Positions 26,940 to 37,600 of a stretch of 64,000 bases of DNA are shown piece after piece. How positions within the stretch are numbered: position 1 is the first letter of the stretch; each line of letters opens with the position of its first letter. The position numbers were made by a program, and so were the translations under genes. Under the pieces are notes generated by a model. It was not told where the DNA came from, did not search any database, and saw only the letters and a program-made list of their open reading frames with translations. Source of the DNA: Trichinella spiralis (Eukaryota); assembly GCF_000181795.1 (NCBI RefSeq), contig NW_003526944.1:124001-188000 (forward strand), in the 5' to 3' direction.

Positions 26940-27683
26940 GTTTGTGTGAATAATAAAATTGAATACGAACAAGTAAACAAATGAAAACTGTTTGCGGCGT
27001 GTATTGCACAATGTTGACAACTCTTTTCCAACATACGTTGTTCATTCTGTTGCTTCTTTTTTCTTTTCTTAACAAACAGTAATTGTGCTAATTTTGACTG
27101 CAATTAATTGGCTAATATTGAGCATGAATTTGAAATTTGTTTCAAAATTTACAACAAAATTAAATACTAGAAATAAAACGACAACAACGAAAGTTGATTT
27201 TATTTTCTATTCTCGGTCAACCACCGAACAGCTGGCGCAAAGCATGGAATTGTAAAGAAATAGATCAGGGGACGGTTGCCATGTTGAGCATCTGCTTGAA
27301 AAGCAAGACTGTAACGATGACTGATCGTTGAAAAGTTGCTCCTTGCATGCCACGTGGGAGCATTGCAAGTGAACGATGAACTGATCAACAATATTGCCAT
27401 CCGTGGTATTATTAAGTCACAGTCTTTCCAGTGGTGAACCGTCAAGAGGAAATAAAGAAAAGAATTGAAGAAGAAAACAACGAAACAAAGAAATGAACAA
27501 ATTAACCGACAGACGATAGAGAAAGAGAGAGAAGGGGAGATGGAAAGATGAAAACAGAGATGAATGTTGAGAAAAAAGAAAAGAAAAAAGCAGACAAGTA
27601 GGAAAAGGAGGTGGGGACGAAAAATATGAAAGAAAAAAGAAAAGAAAGAGAGGCTTGTTGGGTAACGGAGGATCAGCGAAAAC

Positions 27684-27895
27684 TCCCTGAACAGAGTCGA
27701 GGTAATCAGCGGTTGTACGCTGCAGTTATCAAAATAAAGCAAGCGTATTGAGGTACGGGCGACGGGAAAAATAAGAAAAAGAAAAAAAAAGATTAACTGA
27801 GAAATTTTTGTACAGGACAACTACACGTCACTCATTTTGGCGGATATGAGGTATGGGTGACGAGAATCACTCTTCACAACAAAAATATCAGGTAG
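27684..27895 (-). promoter_or_regulatory. Cluster of lin-4/miR-125 and let-7 family target sites in the hunchback 3'UTR
   Basis: On the plus strand (miRNA sense): TCCCTGA 27684-27690; GAGGTA 27699-27704 with GGTTGTA 27711-27717; TGAGGTA 27749-27755 and 27847-27853; AGGTAG 27890-27895. hbl-1 is an established let-7-family target in C. elegans. Confidence 0.7.
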
Positions 27896-28352
27896 AACCG
27901 AGACAGAGAATAACAGCAGAAAAATGGTAGATGGTGACGGTGGTGATGCTGCAAAACACAGAGAAAAAAGACAAAAAATACTGTCACATAAGAAATTGAA
28001 AAGTAAAAGCGTGAACAGACCCTGAAGAATATTAAAAGTCGACCGTGAGCAAGGTTGTTATCAACGCTCACGGGCGCTTGCACAGACGCAGAAGCACTGC
28101 AAAATAAATGTGAACAGTGCCACCGGAAAGGCAGGCGCAGGCCTGAGTAGTTAAAGAATAAAGAGAAAAAAGCAGAATATAATAATAGTAATGGAAAATG
28201 TTCAAAATGACAAATCACCAACATTGCACGAGTATCCTGACTAATACTACAAACGAGACGGGCGCTTCTAGAGGAAAAACAAACAAAAAATGAACAAAAA
28301 AGTGTGCATGAAAATACCGGCTTTTGTACAGCTCGACAACGCAATCCAATGT

Positions 28353-28510
28353 TAATAGTAGTAATAGTAGCAATAGTAATAATAGTAGTACTACTTCTAC
28401 TACTACTTATAACAGTCGTAGTACTTTCTATAGTAGTAGTAGTAGTAGTGGTAGTAGTAGTAGTAGTAGTAGTAGTACTAGTATTAGTATTGGTAGTAGT
28501 AGCAGCAGTG

Positions 28511-28543
<33 letters not shown>

Positions 28544-28630
28544 ACAGTAATTACAGTAATATCAGCAGGTGTTGTAATAATAATAATAATAATAAAAATA
28601 GAGGGAGGAGGAGGAGGGGGGGGGTTATAT

Positions 28631-28672
<42 letters not shown>

Positions 28673-28690
28673 TAGTAGCAGTAGTAGTAG
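28353..28690. repeat. Interrupted (TAG)n/(TAA)n microsatellite with a central G-rich tract, inside the hunchback 3'UTR
   Basis: Direct reading; G-rich tract at 28601-28624. Confidence 0.95.
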
Positions 28691-29254
28691 AAGCAGCAAA
28701 AAAATGCAACAATAGACACATACACATTGAATGAAAGCAAATATAACAGATGCGCTTGTCTTACGCCCATAGTAAAGAAAGGGTGGCGATCGTTTATGCA
28801 AAATAAAACAGAACGGACAAAAAAAGAACGGCTATGCAATGCAATGGACAGAGAAACTCCTCCTGTGTTGTGAAAAAATTACATCAAAATTATGCGAAAA
28901 GGGCAGTTGCGTGACCACATCTAATTAAATACCAATTAGCGATGAAGCATTAGCTTGGTCAGCTGCTGCTTGGCATCTCTTTCAACAAGCTCGTGATTCA
29001 ACTCGGACAAAGAAAAATCACAAGGCCAGCTGAACAAAACATTCACAAAAATATTCAGAACCGGTGCAAGCACATGTGATCAGGAAAAGAAAAAACACAT
29101 CCATAACAGCGATTTCACGAACAGGATCACAAAGTGAATAGTTGAAATACATATGCGTAGTCAGCACTGAAAATGAATTAATAACAATTCAAAAAAAATA
29201 AAATGAATTAGAACATAAAAAAATATATGCGAAATACCATGAAAAATAGAAGTG

Positions 29255-32200
29255 TTACGGGTGAGGATCACGGGAAATATGCAAAAACATGGAAAGACGA
29301 TCTGAGTTCACCTGACCGCACATGTTGCATTTGAATGGATCGTTAAACGCGTGATAGCCCATGTGGATATTGTACATGACGCAATCTTTGAACGCGATCA
29401 AACAGTAATTGCAAACAAACGAGTTCGACCAATCTGTCGTCGTCTGACCAAGTCTTATAATTTCACTTTTCATATCTGACTGGTCAAATGACATGATTTC
29501 AGGAGTAGTGTTTTTCGCATAGCTGGAAGACTGACGCTGACTTTGCAACCGTTGCATCATTGACATCGTCGCAGCTCTGAAAACATTTAATAAAATACAT
29601 TGAACAAAGAAAATTTAAATTGAATTTGAACCAGATCAACTTTTCTGACAGAAACAACACAATAAAATAAAATGCAAACCTATTATATATTGATAAACTT
29701 ATTAGTTTTGTTTTCAATACGGCAAATCCATTAATTAAAAAAAAGAAAAAAAATGTAATCACAAATGTTTCTAATAATACCTCGGTCGACCAGTGATCTT
29801 CGAATCAGATTCATCTTCGTTTTCTTGTGCCGTGCTTCCAGTTTCAGGCATTGAAGCCCGACGAATTGTATCCACTGCATTACCATCGGTTGTCTCGCTT
29901 CCAGCGTAAGAGTCACCAGAATCAGACAGTCGACATTGCAACTTCATCGCGATCAAATCTAACTTGAACGCCTTACTCTTACGACGGCTACTCGATGAAC
30001 CAGCACTTTCCAACTGCTGTTGATGTGGTGGTGACTGTTCTGGCTGTTGCACAACAGCGTTTGTCTGCGTATCAGAATCAGATGGGGGCTTTTGGTCCAG
30101 CGACCACAAGCCAGCCGAAGGAGCATTTCCGTTCAGCGAAGCGGCCAGAGCTTCTTGACCTGCCAGAGCAGACATGAAATCAAAAACGGCTGGATCAGCT
30201 GTCGATGACGAAGATCCATTCGACCTGGACGAGTCACCTTCTGAAGGGAACGCACTACCAGCTGATAAATAATTCATCATGTGCAAAGTTTCCTTGTGTC
30301 CCTGCATGTGTTTGGCAAGTGAGTCTCGACTAGTTGCCACGTGATCACACCAGTGACATTTCTGCACCATCGATGGTGACATACTGGCACTACCTTGCAA
30401 CGGTGGCAAATATCCAGTCAACGGTGCCATCATTCTCGGCGTACTGCCAGTTGCAGCCATCGCTGCAGCCAATTGATCTTTCTGCTGATGCTGTTGTTGA
30501 GATACAGCCACTGCCTGAGCAAGCATGTTATTCTGAAAAACTTTCATCAGTGTAGCGTTCACCAGACCGCCCATACCGGCGGCTTCTAGATGACTTGTCT
30601 CCAACGGTGTGCCAGTAGCACTGACAGCTGGTGCCATGGTAGGGACCGTTGAAGCAGTGTCTGAGCCGGCAGAGCCGCGCTTTTGCCTAGGCCCTCGTCG
30701 ATTGCCGAACACATCAATTGCTACCGTACTGGCAGCGGTGCCATCCGGGTTGATCACTGTCGCCGCATTGTGACCATACTTTCGCAAATGAAGCTTCAAA
30801 CTGTGACAATACTTAGTCGCATACGTGCAATCCGCGCATCGATACTGGTAAAAGTTGGAATGGGATTTCATGTGACTGTTCAGCATCGACTTATTCACGC
30901 AGCTGTAGTTGCATTTGGTGCATTTGAAAGGCTTGGAATTGAAATGATTGCGAAGATGGTATTCCAGATGATGCTTGTACTCCGTGATGAACGGACACTT
31001 TGGACAAGCGAGCTGCTTGTCAGATTTGATATGCGTTCGCTGATGAATCCAAAAATCATTCTTCGAACTAGCAACAAACAAACACTGCTTGCAACGATAT
31101 GTCTTGGGTCTCGAAGAACCGCTACCACTGCCACTACCAGAAGATGGCTGGACAGTGAATGAACTGACATCTGTCGTCGGACTGACTGAAAGCAACGGCT
31201 GTTGACTCTGTTGCTGCTGATGTTGATTTTGTTGTTGTTGTTGTTGTTGCTGCTGCTGCTGGCAGTTAATGACAGACTGCAAGTGCACCTCAAACGCTTC
31301 CTTTTCTGATTGAAAATTTTCTTGACTCCCTTGATCGACCAGTGAATCAGATGACACTGAACCATCTGCACCACCGTTGACACTGTCCGCCGCACCGGCA
31401 ACGCCAGACGATGAGTCGTCAGACGTTGGCTGGGTGTGAAATTGCTTCATGTGACGTTTCAATCGACCCTCAGTTCGACTGGTGTAATCGCAGATGTCAC
31501 ACTTGTGATCAGCATGCGTGTTCATGTGTGAATTGAAGTGGAATTTCGACTCATTGCTGAAACCGCAAATGTGACAAATGTACGTTGTTGCACCAGTCTT
31601 TTCATTCATTATAGAATAATGTTGCATGATCGAGCTGCCGTCCGGAGGGCTGTTATTAGATCCACTCTCCGGTGGACTCATCTGCGGCACCGGGTTCATC
31701 TCACCTACAACAGGGTACATGTAGTTTTAGTTTTGCTCTTTTGTGAACAATTTACACTTTCAATAACCATTACCTTCACACTACCAGCACAACAACAACA
31801 ACAATACACACACACACACACATCTATATGTATATATTTTTATTTATTTATTTATTTATTATTTTACTTATTTTTATTTATATATTTCTTAGAAATTTCT
31901 ACACACTCAACTAAAGATGTTTTTCACAAAATTAGCCAAAAATATTATAAATATAAGATAAATTATAAAAGTACAAGATTTACAGTAAAAAACATGTTTA
32001 AAAACTGTCACTAATAAAACAAACGCCAGTCAGTCGTCTTCTGAAATTAATTGCAACTTGCAAAGAAACTTTCTCACCTATCACAAAAATTGAAAAGTAA
32101 AATACACGCAACGTAAATTGTGACGACAAAGAAAAATACCAGTGTTTCAATAGAAAAGTTTTCTAGTTAACAGGACCATGAAGAATTAATTCACTGTCAA

Positions 32201-32978
32201 AAATAAAAACGTCGCAATTTTTCCGAAGGTCAACTATTGAACAAATGCAAATCTGTACAAATTATTAATCATTGTTGCTGTGGGCAAAAAAGTGAAAACC
32301 AATGTGTGAGTTAGAAGTTCGCGTTCTCTCACTCTTCTAATTTTTAAACTTTAAACAATATTTTATTTTTTACGGATGAAAAATACATTAAATTTCTGTT
32401 TTTCTCTCAAGTTTAAAAACCTGTTCATCATGACTATCAATTTGTCGAAGAAAAAACGTTTTCGACTTTTCGACAGCTTCATTTTTCATTATCAAAATGC
32501 CCATTTGACAGTTTCAAAGACAACAATCAAGTCTACGTTATCGCTTATAAAATTTCAAATAAAATCTTTCTAAATCACATATGCAGATGATTCGTGTTTT
32601 GAAATAAAAATCGATCAAAAAAATATTTGAAAATTTAAGCGTGCGCATCATTCACTTGTACTGTAGCAATGCACAACCGTTCGAATTTTAGCAATATTCA
32701 GAAGTTTGGCACTTTTCAAATGCTTCAAAAATTTAAAAAGAAAATGAACACAATTCTTTACAACAATGCTAGAGAACTGATGCAAAATTAAATAATTTTG
32801 ATTGCACGTACAGACCTTACGTTGTCAGAATAAAAAAAAATCTCAACAGATTTACAATTTGACTTTTTATAATGAATTTCATTTAAATAAACAAATTAAG
32901 AAAAAAATAAAAATTACTCTCATAAAAAGATCAAACTTACAATGACTACTTCTGCAATTTAAAAGGTATATATATATA

Positions 32979-33009
<31 letters not shown>

Positions 33010-34696
33010 TATTTCTAGTGTAACGAATAATGAATAATAGTATATTTTCCTCAGAAATGTCTTTCTAAACTATGAAAATGGAAAACAAAATTAGAAATAT
33101 CAAAATAAAACTACATTATGCCCAACCATTTTTCTGTCACTGTAAAGCTGTGACAGCTGATCAAAGTTGATCAAAATGATCTCAATGATCAAGACATTTG
33201 CTTAGACTATTTATTATTATTACTGTTGTTTTCCTAATAAGTGATTAATGATACAGTAATGATTATAAAAATAATGTCAAATCAAAAAACAAAGAAAAAA
33301 AACAATTATTACTTGGAAAAGTCCATCGTCGCACCATAGAATTGCTGAAATCAAACGACTGATCAGCATCTGTAGCCGTGGTCTCAGACATACATTCAGC
33401 GTCGTCCATGTCAGGTGATGGTGCTGAGTCGACACCGCCGGTCATCACTGTATCGTTGCTGCAGTCCAAACTAGCAGATGTGGTACTGTCGTTTGAAGTT
33501 CGCCGAGTTGAATCGACAGCAACAGCAATGGAGCTCTTGCCAGCACTACCCAACACTGACGATGTGGTCTCATCAACGTCCATCGTGTCCGCTGGCATTG
33601 CTGCCACTACTGTGGGCGCATGTTCAGAACTGATTTCATCTTTGACGTTTGAATCACCGCCATGCTCAGCCAGCATGCTCGACTTGATTTTCAATATCAA
33701 ACGTGTTGCCTCAGTTGTGCCACTGTTAGCACCTACTAAATGTTCATCACTACCGTCTAGCGATGTTGTTTCACTTTTGAAAGTCGTCGTTTCAGCTGGA
33801 TTTGGTGAAAATAGCATTGACGAATATCCCAAAGTTGGATGAGCAATCGAAGATCGATTCTGTTGTGGTGCTAAATTGCGGTACACGTCCACGTTCAACG
33901 GATTGAACGGAGAAACCGACTGCTGTGTTTGTACAGTTTGGAACTGTTTCGATTGGAGCAATGAAGCGGTGGCACCGTAAGCAGATTCTTGCTGTTGCTG
34001 AACCGTCACTGCTGCTTCAGAGCCATTCGGACTAGAAGAAGACTGCGTCGACTGTACTCCGGTTGTACCGCTGGACATGTTTGTCTTGACGACATTGGCC
34101 AGTGAAGTTGAGTCTTCATCATCGCCCACCTCTGGCTGACTAGTACCACCGTCATGAGGTAAGCTGAACTTGGAACCAAGCCAAGCACCCTGAGCGTCAT
34201 TGGGCGCTGAATCGCCAGCACTATTCTTCACCGTCGCCGGCATGTAATATGAAGTGGGATCGAATCTGGGCAACGAGCCTGACGTTGCGCAGCTACTGTT
34301 AGATCCAGCGTGTTGAACGACCGGTGACGAAAATGCCGAAGCGACCATGCCTACAGGCATTACCTGAGAGCCGGCCTGGGCCGACCAAATTTGTCGTCCC
34401 GTAGCACCAACCTGCATCGTTTGAAACGACGGCAATGAGCCTCCATAACTGACACGATTCGGATCAAAGCTTTCCTGACTTTCAGAGCAAACTGGCGCCA
34501 CTGGGCTCATTGCAGCAGAAGTTTTCGAAGCAAACGACCCTGCCATATTACCAGGTGAAAGCTGTGAGTTACCAGCAGGTGCCGGCGCAGCGCCTCCGGC
34601 CGCTGGTACAAAATTCCACGGCTTATCAGTCATAAGAAACGGCGGAACGCATGAGCCATACTGAGAAAGGTTTCCTGAGATATTGGCCGCTGACAT
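29255..34696 (-). CDS. hbl-1: Hunchback / HBL-1 C2H2 zinc-finger transcription factor (9 fingers)
   Basis: Exon ~31704-29781 encodes 2 N-terminal fingers, the 4 central Hb fingers ([65 protein letters not shown]), the C-box [12 protein letters not shown], an extra finger CHWC..HMQGH and the basic box [12 protein letters not shown] phase-2 intron (29780-29577) joins exon 29576-29255 with the two C-terminal fingers (CNYC..HMGYH; CNMC..HISRDPH). The Ser/Gln-rich ORF 34696-~33320 is inferred to be the first coding exon; that junction is ambiguous. Confidence 0.95.
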
Positions 34697-37600
34697 TTGC
34701 ACCGCTATCTGAAATATACAAACAAAATGAATAAATATTTATATATTAATTAACCATGTAACATAAATTTGTATACTTTTAGTTTTCAATTTTGCATTTT
34801 CATTGGCATAATTTAAAGAAAAATTTAGTGTGGAGCAATTTTAAGCAAGACTGAAGTGAAAACCAGCCCCAAAAAATGAGCAAACAGCTATTTAAAGTGC
34901 ACAAAGAAAACAGAACAAGAAAAGCACTGCAATAAGCAACGTCAAAAATTTCTGGTCATTTTCATCAGTTACAAAAATAAGACACACAGTCAAAAGAAAA
35001 AAGGCAAGTTCCCATGGCAGTAAGAAGCAAAAACTGTACTTCAATCAGCTAATTAAGTTATAGAAGAGAAAGAGATTCTCGTGCTAATCATGAAATAAGT
35101 TAACCATTACTTACTGTATATTTAACAGCTTGAACTAGCACAAATAAAACTCAAGAGACAACAAAGGCGTGACTTTTTTGCTTTTGATGAAGCGCCCAGA
35201 ATGTAAAAGATATGCACATAGCAGTGGAACAAAATTTTCACTCTAATCAGCCTCCTATACGAAAACAAGCCAGGGTCATTTTCGGCTGAACGTCATCAGT
35301 CATAATTCTCAATTTCAGATCTCTGACGTTGTTTTAGATGAAGAAAACGCGGTCGTTTAATTTTTCCCATTTCATGCACCTTTCGAAAACAACGTAGAAG
35401 ATCCAGTTTTCCGCTCTAACTATACTATAACAGCTGCACAAATATTTCAGCCAGTTGGGTAGGGATCTTGCGGTGCACCTCGCTCACGCCCATTTTGACG
35501 CATGATTTGAACTCCCGTTGCGTTGTACAGTTTGTAAGTTTGTAAGTGAAAAAAAACAACAACAATCAAAAACAAATTGAAAATAACAATTTCCCAATAA
35601 AATGCTTTAAAAAATTCGAACAAACAAACAAACAAACAAAGCACAATGGAACGCATTCAAAAGTGCAATTAATACTAGTGAACGTCATTCTGACCAACCA
35701 GCGTGCAGCGCTGGTTGGAAAACAGTAAATTAACCAATCAAATTATAAAGCTGCGCAATGGCCAGAAATAGACAACGAAAGAAAGCGTTTCTCAATATCA
35801 CGCAAAGACCAAAATGCAGAAAACGTAATCGATGGAGAAGAGGAATAAAATATGATTGCACTCGTTCAACACGCGTTGCGTGTAAACAGCTGGCAGGTTG
35901 CCAGGGAAATCCCTGGCGCCTTTGGATGCAACAACAATGCACTTCGTTCATCAACAAAACAAAATTTATTCGCTTCACGGTTGTCTTTGCTACTCAGTTT
36001 TTAAAAGCCAATTTTCTCAGCCCAACAACAATAACACGCTTGCACTTTACTGGTGTCATCAACTGTTAACATTTTCAATGAATAAAAATTATCTTCATGA
36101 AAACAGTTTCAAGCCATGTGATACTGATCAAAAATATTATTCAAAAAAAAAGAAAAAAAAGTTAATTAACTTGTTCCATTATTACGTGCACGCTAATTGA
36201 AAAATCACGATGTCACAGTGCGTGTTTATTTGTCTAAGCTTGTTGCGTGCTTTGCAATTTTATTTGTTTATTCAACTGATTGCAGTAATAAGTATTGCGC
36301 TCTCTGTGAAACGCCGCCATTTACTAAATATGAGCATTTATGATCGCTACACACGTTTTCCCACCCTAGCTGTGCGCAAAAACTACCCCCATTATCAAGT
36401 GCTTTCTGTTTGTTCGATGAGCCAGTTCTGTTTGCATCCCTCGCAAACTCTTACATTGGTGCTTTTTACATACATAGCAGTACAGAAGCAACAAAATACA
36501 CTTCGATTAACAAACAGTAAACAATTCATTGTTGTCAACTGTGATATTTGCTCAAGTTCAGTGACCCACCTCCTCTCCTGAATCTTTCACCGTCGAACCA
36601 GAGAAAAAAACAAGCGAAAACTAAACATACTATAAAAATAATAGGAAAAAGGAGAGTTGTACTTAAAATCAGTATGCTTTAAAATCACATCCATTGCTGT
36701 CTGCTCAGCCATAGTTAAGCTAATTAATGAAGAACAAAAAAAAGCAAACTGTTTTTTATAAAATGTAAAAAAAACAGTTAATTTATTCATTTTTTTCATC
36801 ATTTTTATGCACACACACATTGGGCATTCCATTCCCTAGCAGTAAACATTACTACTTACGCGGTAAAAGATAGAATAAGCTTCTATAAAAAGTAAACGGT
36901 AGATTGTAAGCGGTAATTTCAAAAAAGAAAGCTCAACAAAAATAAATAAAGTTGGAAATGAATCAATGATCAGCTGCAAGAATCAGTTTTTGCAAACAGG
37001 TGCGACCGGTAAAAGCAGAATGGTGGGGGTGGGGTGTAGTAGTGTATGAGATGAGTACGCGGGCAGGGCAAAGATCGATACAAATCACCTTCTACAAAGT
37101 CTGCCACTAATTAACAACTGTAAAGTGTGTGTCGTCGATATACGAAAATTTCAATCAATCGCCAGTAGAAGGACAAACAAGCTGCGTATTATTGTATTGA
37201 AAAGAAACATGCGGCCGGTCAGTCGAGGCTGGACATCAGCCCTGACTGACCGCAAGCGACGGTCGTCAAGCGTCATTCATTCATTTGTCATTACTGCCGG
37301 ACAACGCAATCAAAATCGCAAACCGAGAAAAGCTTTCCCCCCGGTTTATATAAAGCAAAGCACAAACGCAGCCGTGTATTTCCAAGATTAAAACGACGCC
37401 AGCATTATTATTAGCGGGGTAACCCTGACAACAAGCTAACAAACGCAACCACCGGATATAAACAACGTCCGCCTAAGCTGAAACAGTCACTCTCCTCCCA
37501 CAACTGGGTAAACAAAAACAAAATTCCGCCTGGAGTAAAAATTCAATTTCAAACAGAAAACACTGAATATCAACAACTGTCCGAGCTTGGACGAACAACA

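Larger units (their letters stand above)
27180..29254 (-). other. Predicted ~2 kb hunchback 3'UTR
   Basis: Runs from the stop at 29255 to an AATAAA at 27204-27199 (minus strand). It is pyrimidine-rich in mRNA sense and contains a miRNA seed cluster and a (CUA)n tract. The 3' end is inferred. Confidence 0.6.

Noticed and set aside
27627..28229. Single seed matches to miR-71 (27627), miR-87 (28045) and miR-92 (28223) in the hunchback 3'UTR
   Set aside because: Isolated 7-8mers are expected by chance in 2 kb when many families are tested. They cannot be supported without conservation data.
27200..28344. 206-aa and 156-aa Phe/Leu-rich minus-strand ORFs
   Set aside because: They are by-products of the U/C-rich hunchback 3'UTR and show no recognisable protein features.
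29995..33842. Plus-strand ORFs opposite the hunchback exons
   Set aside because: These are antisense shadows of long coding exons.
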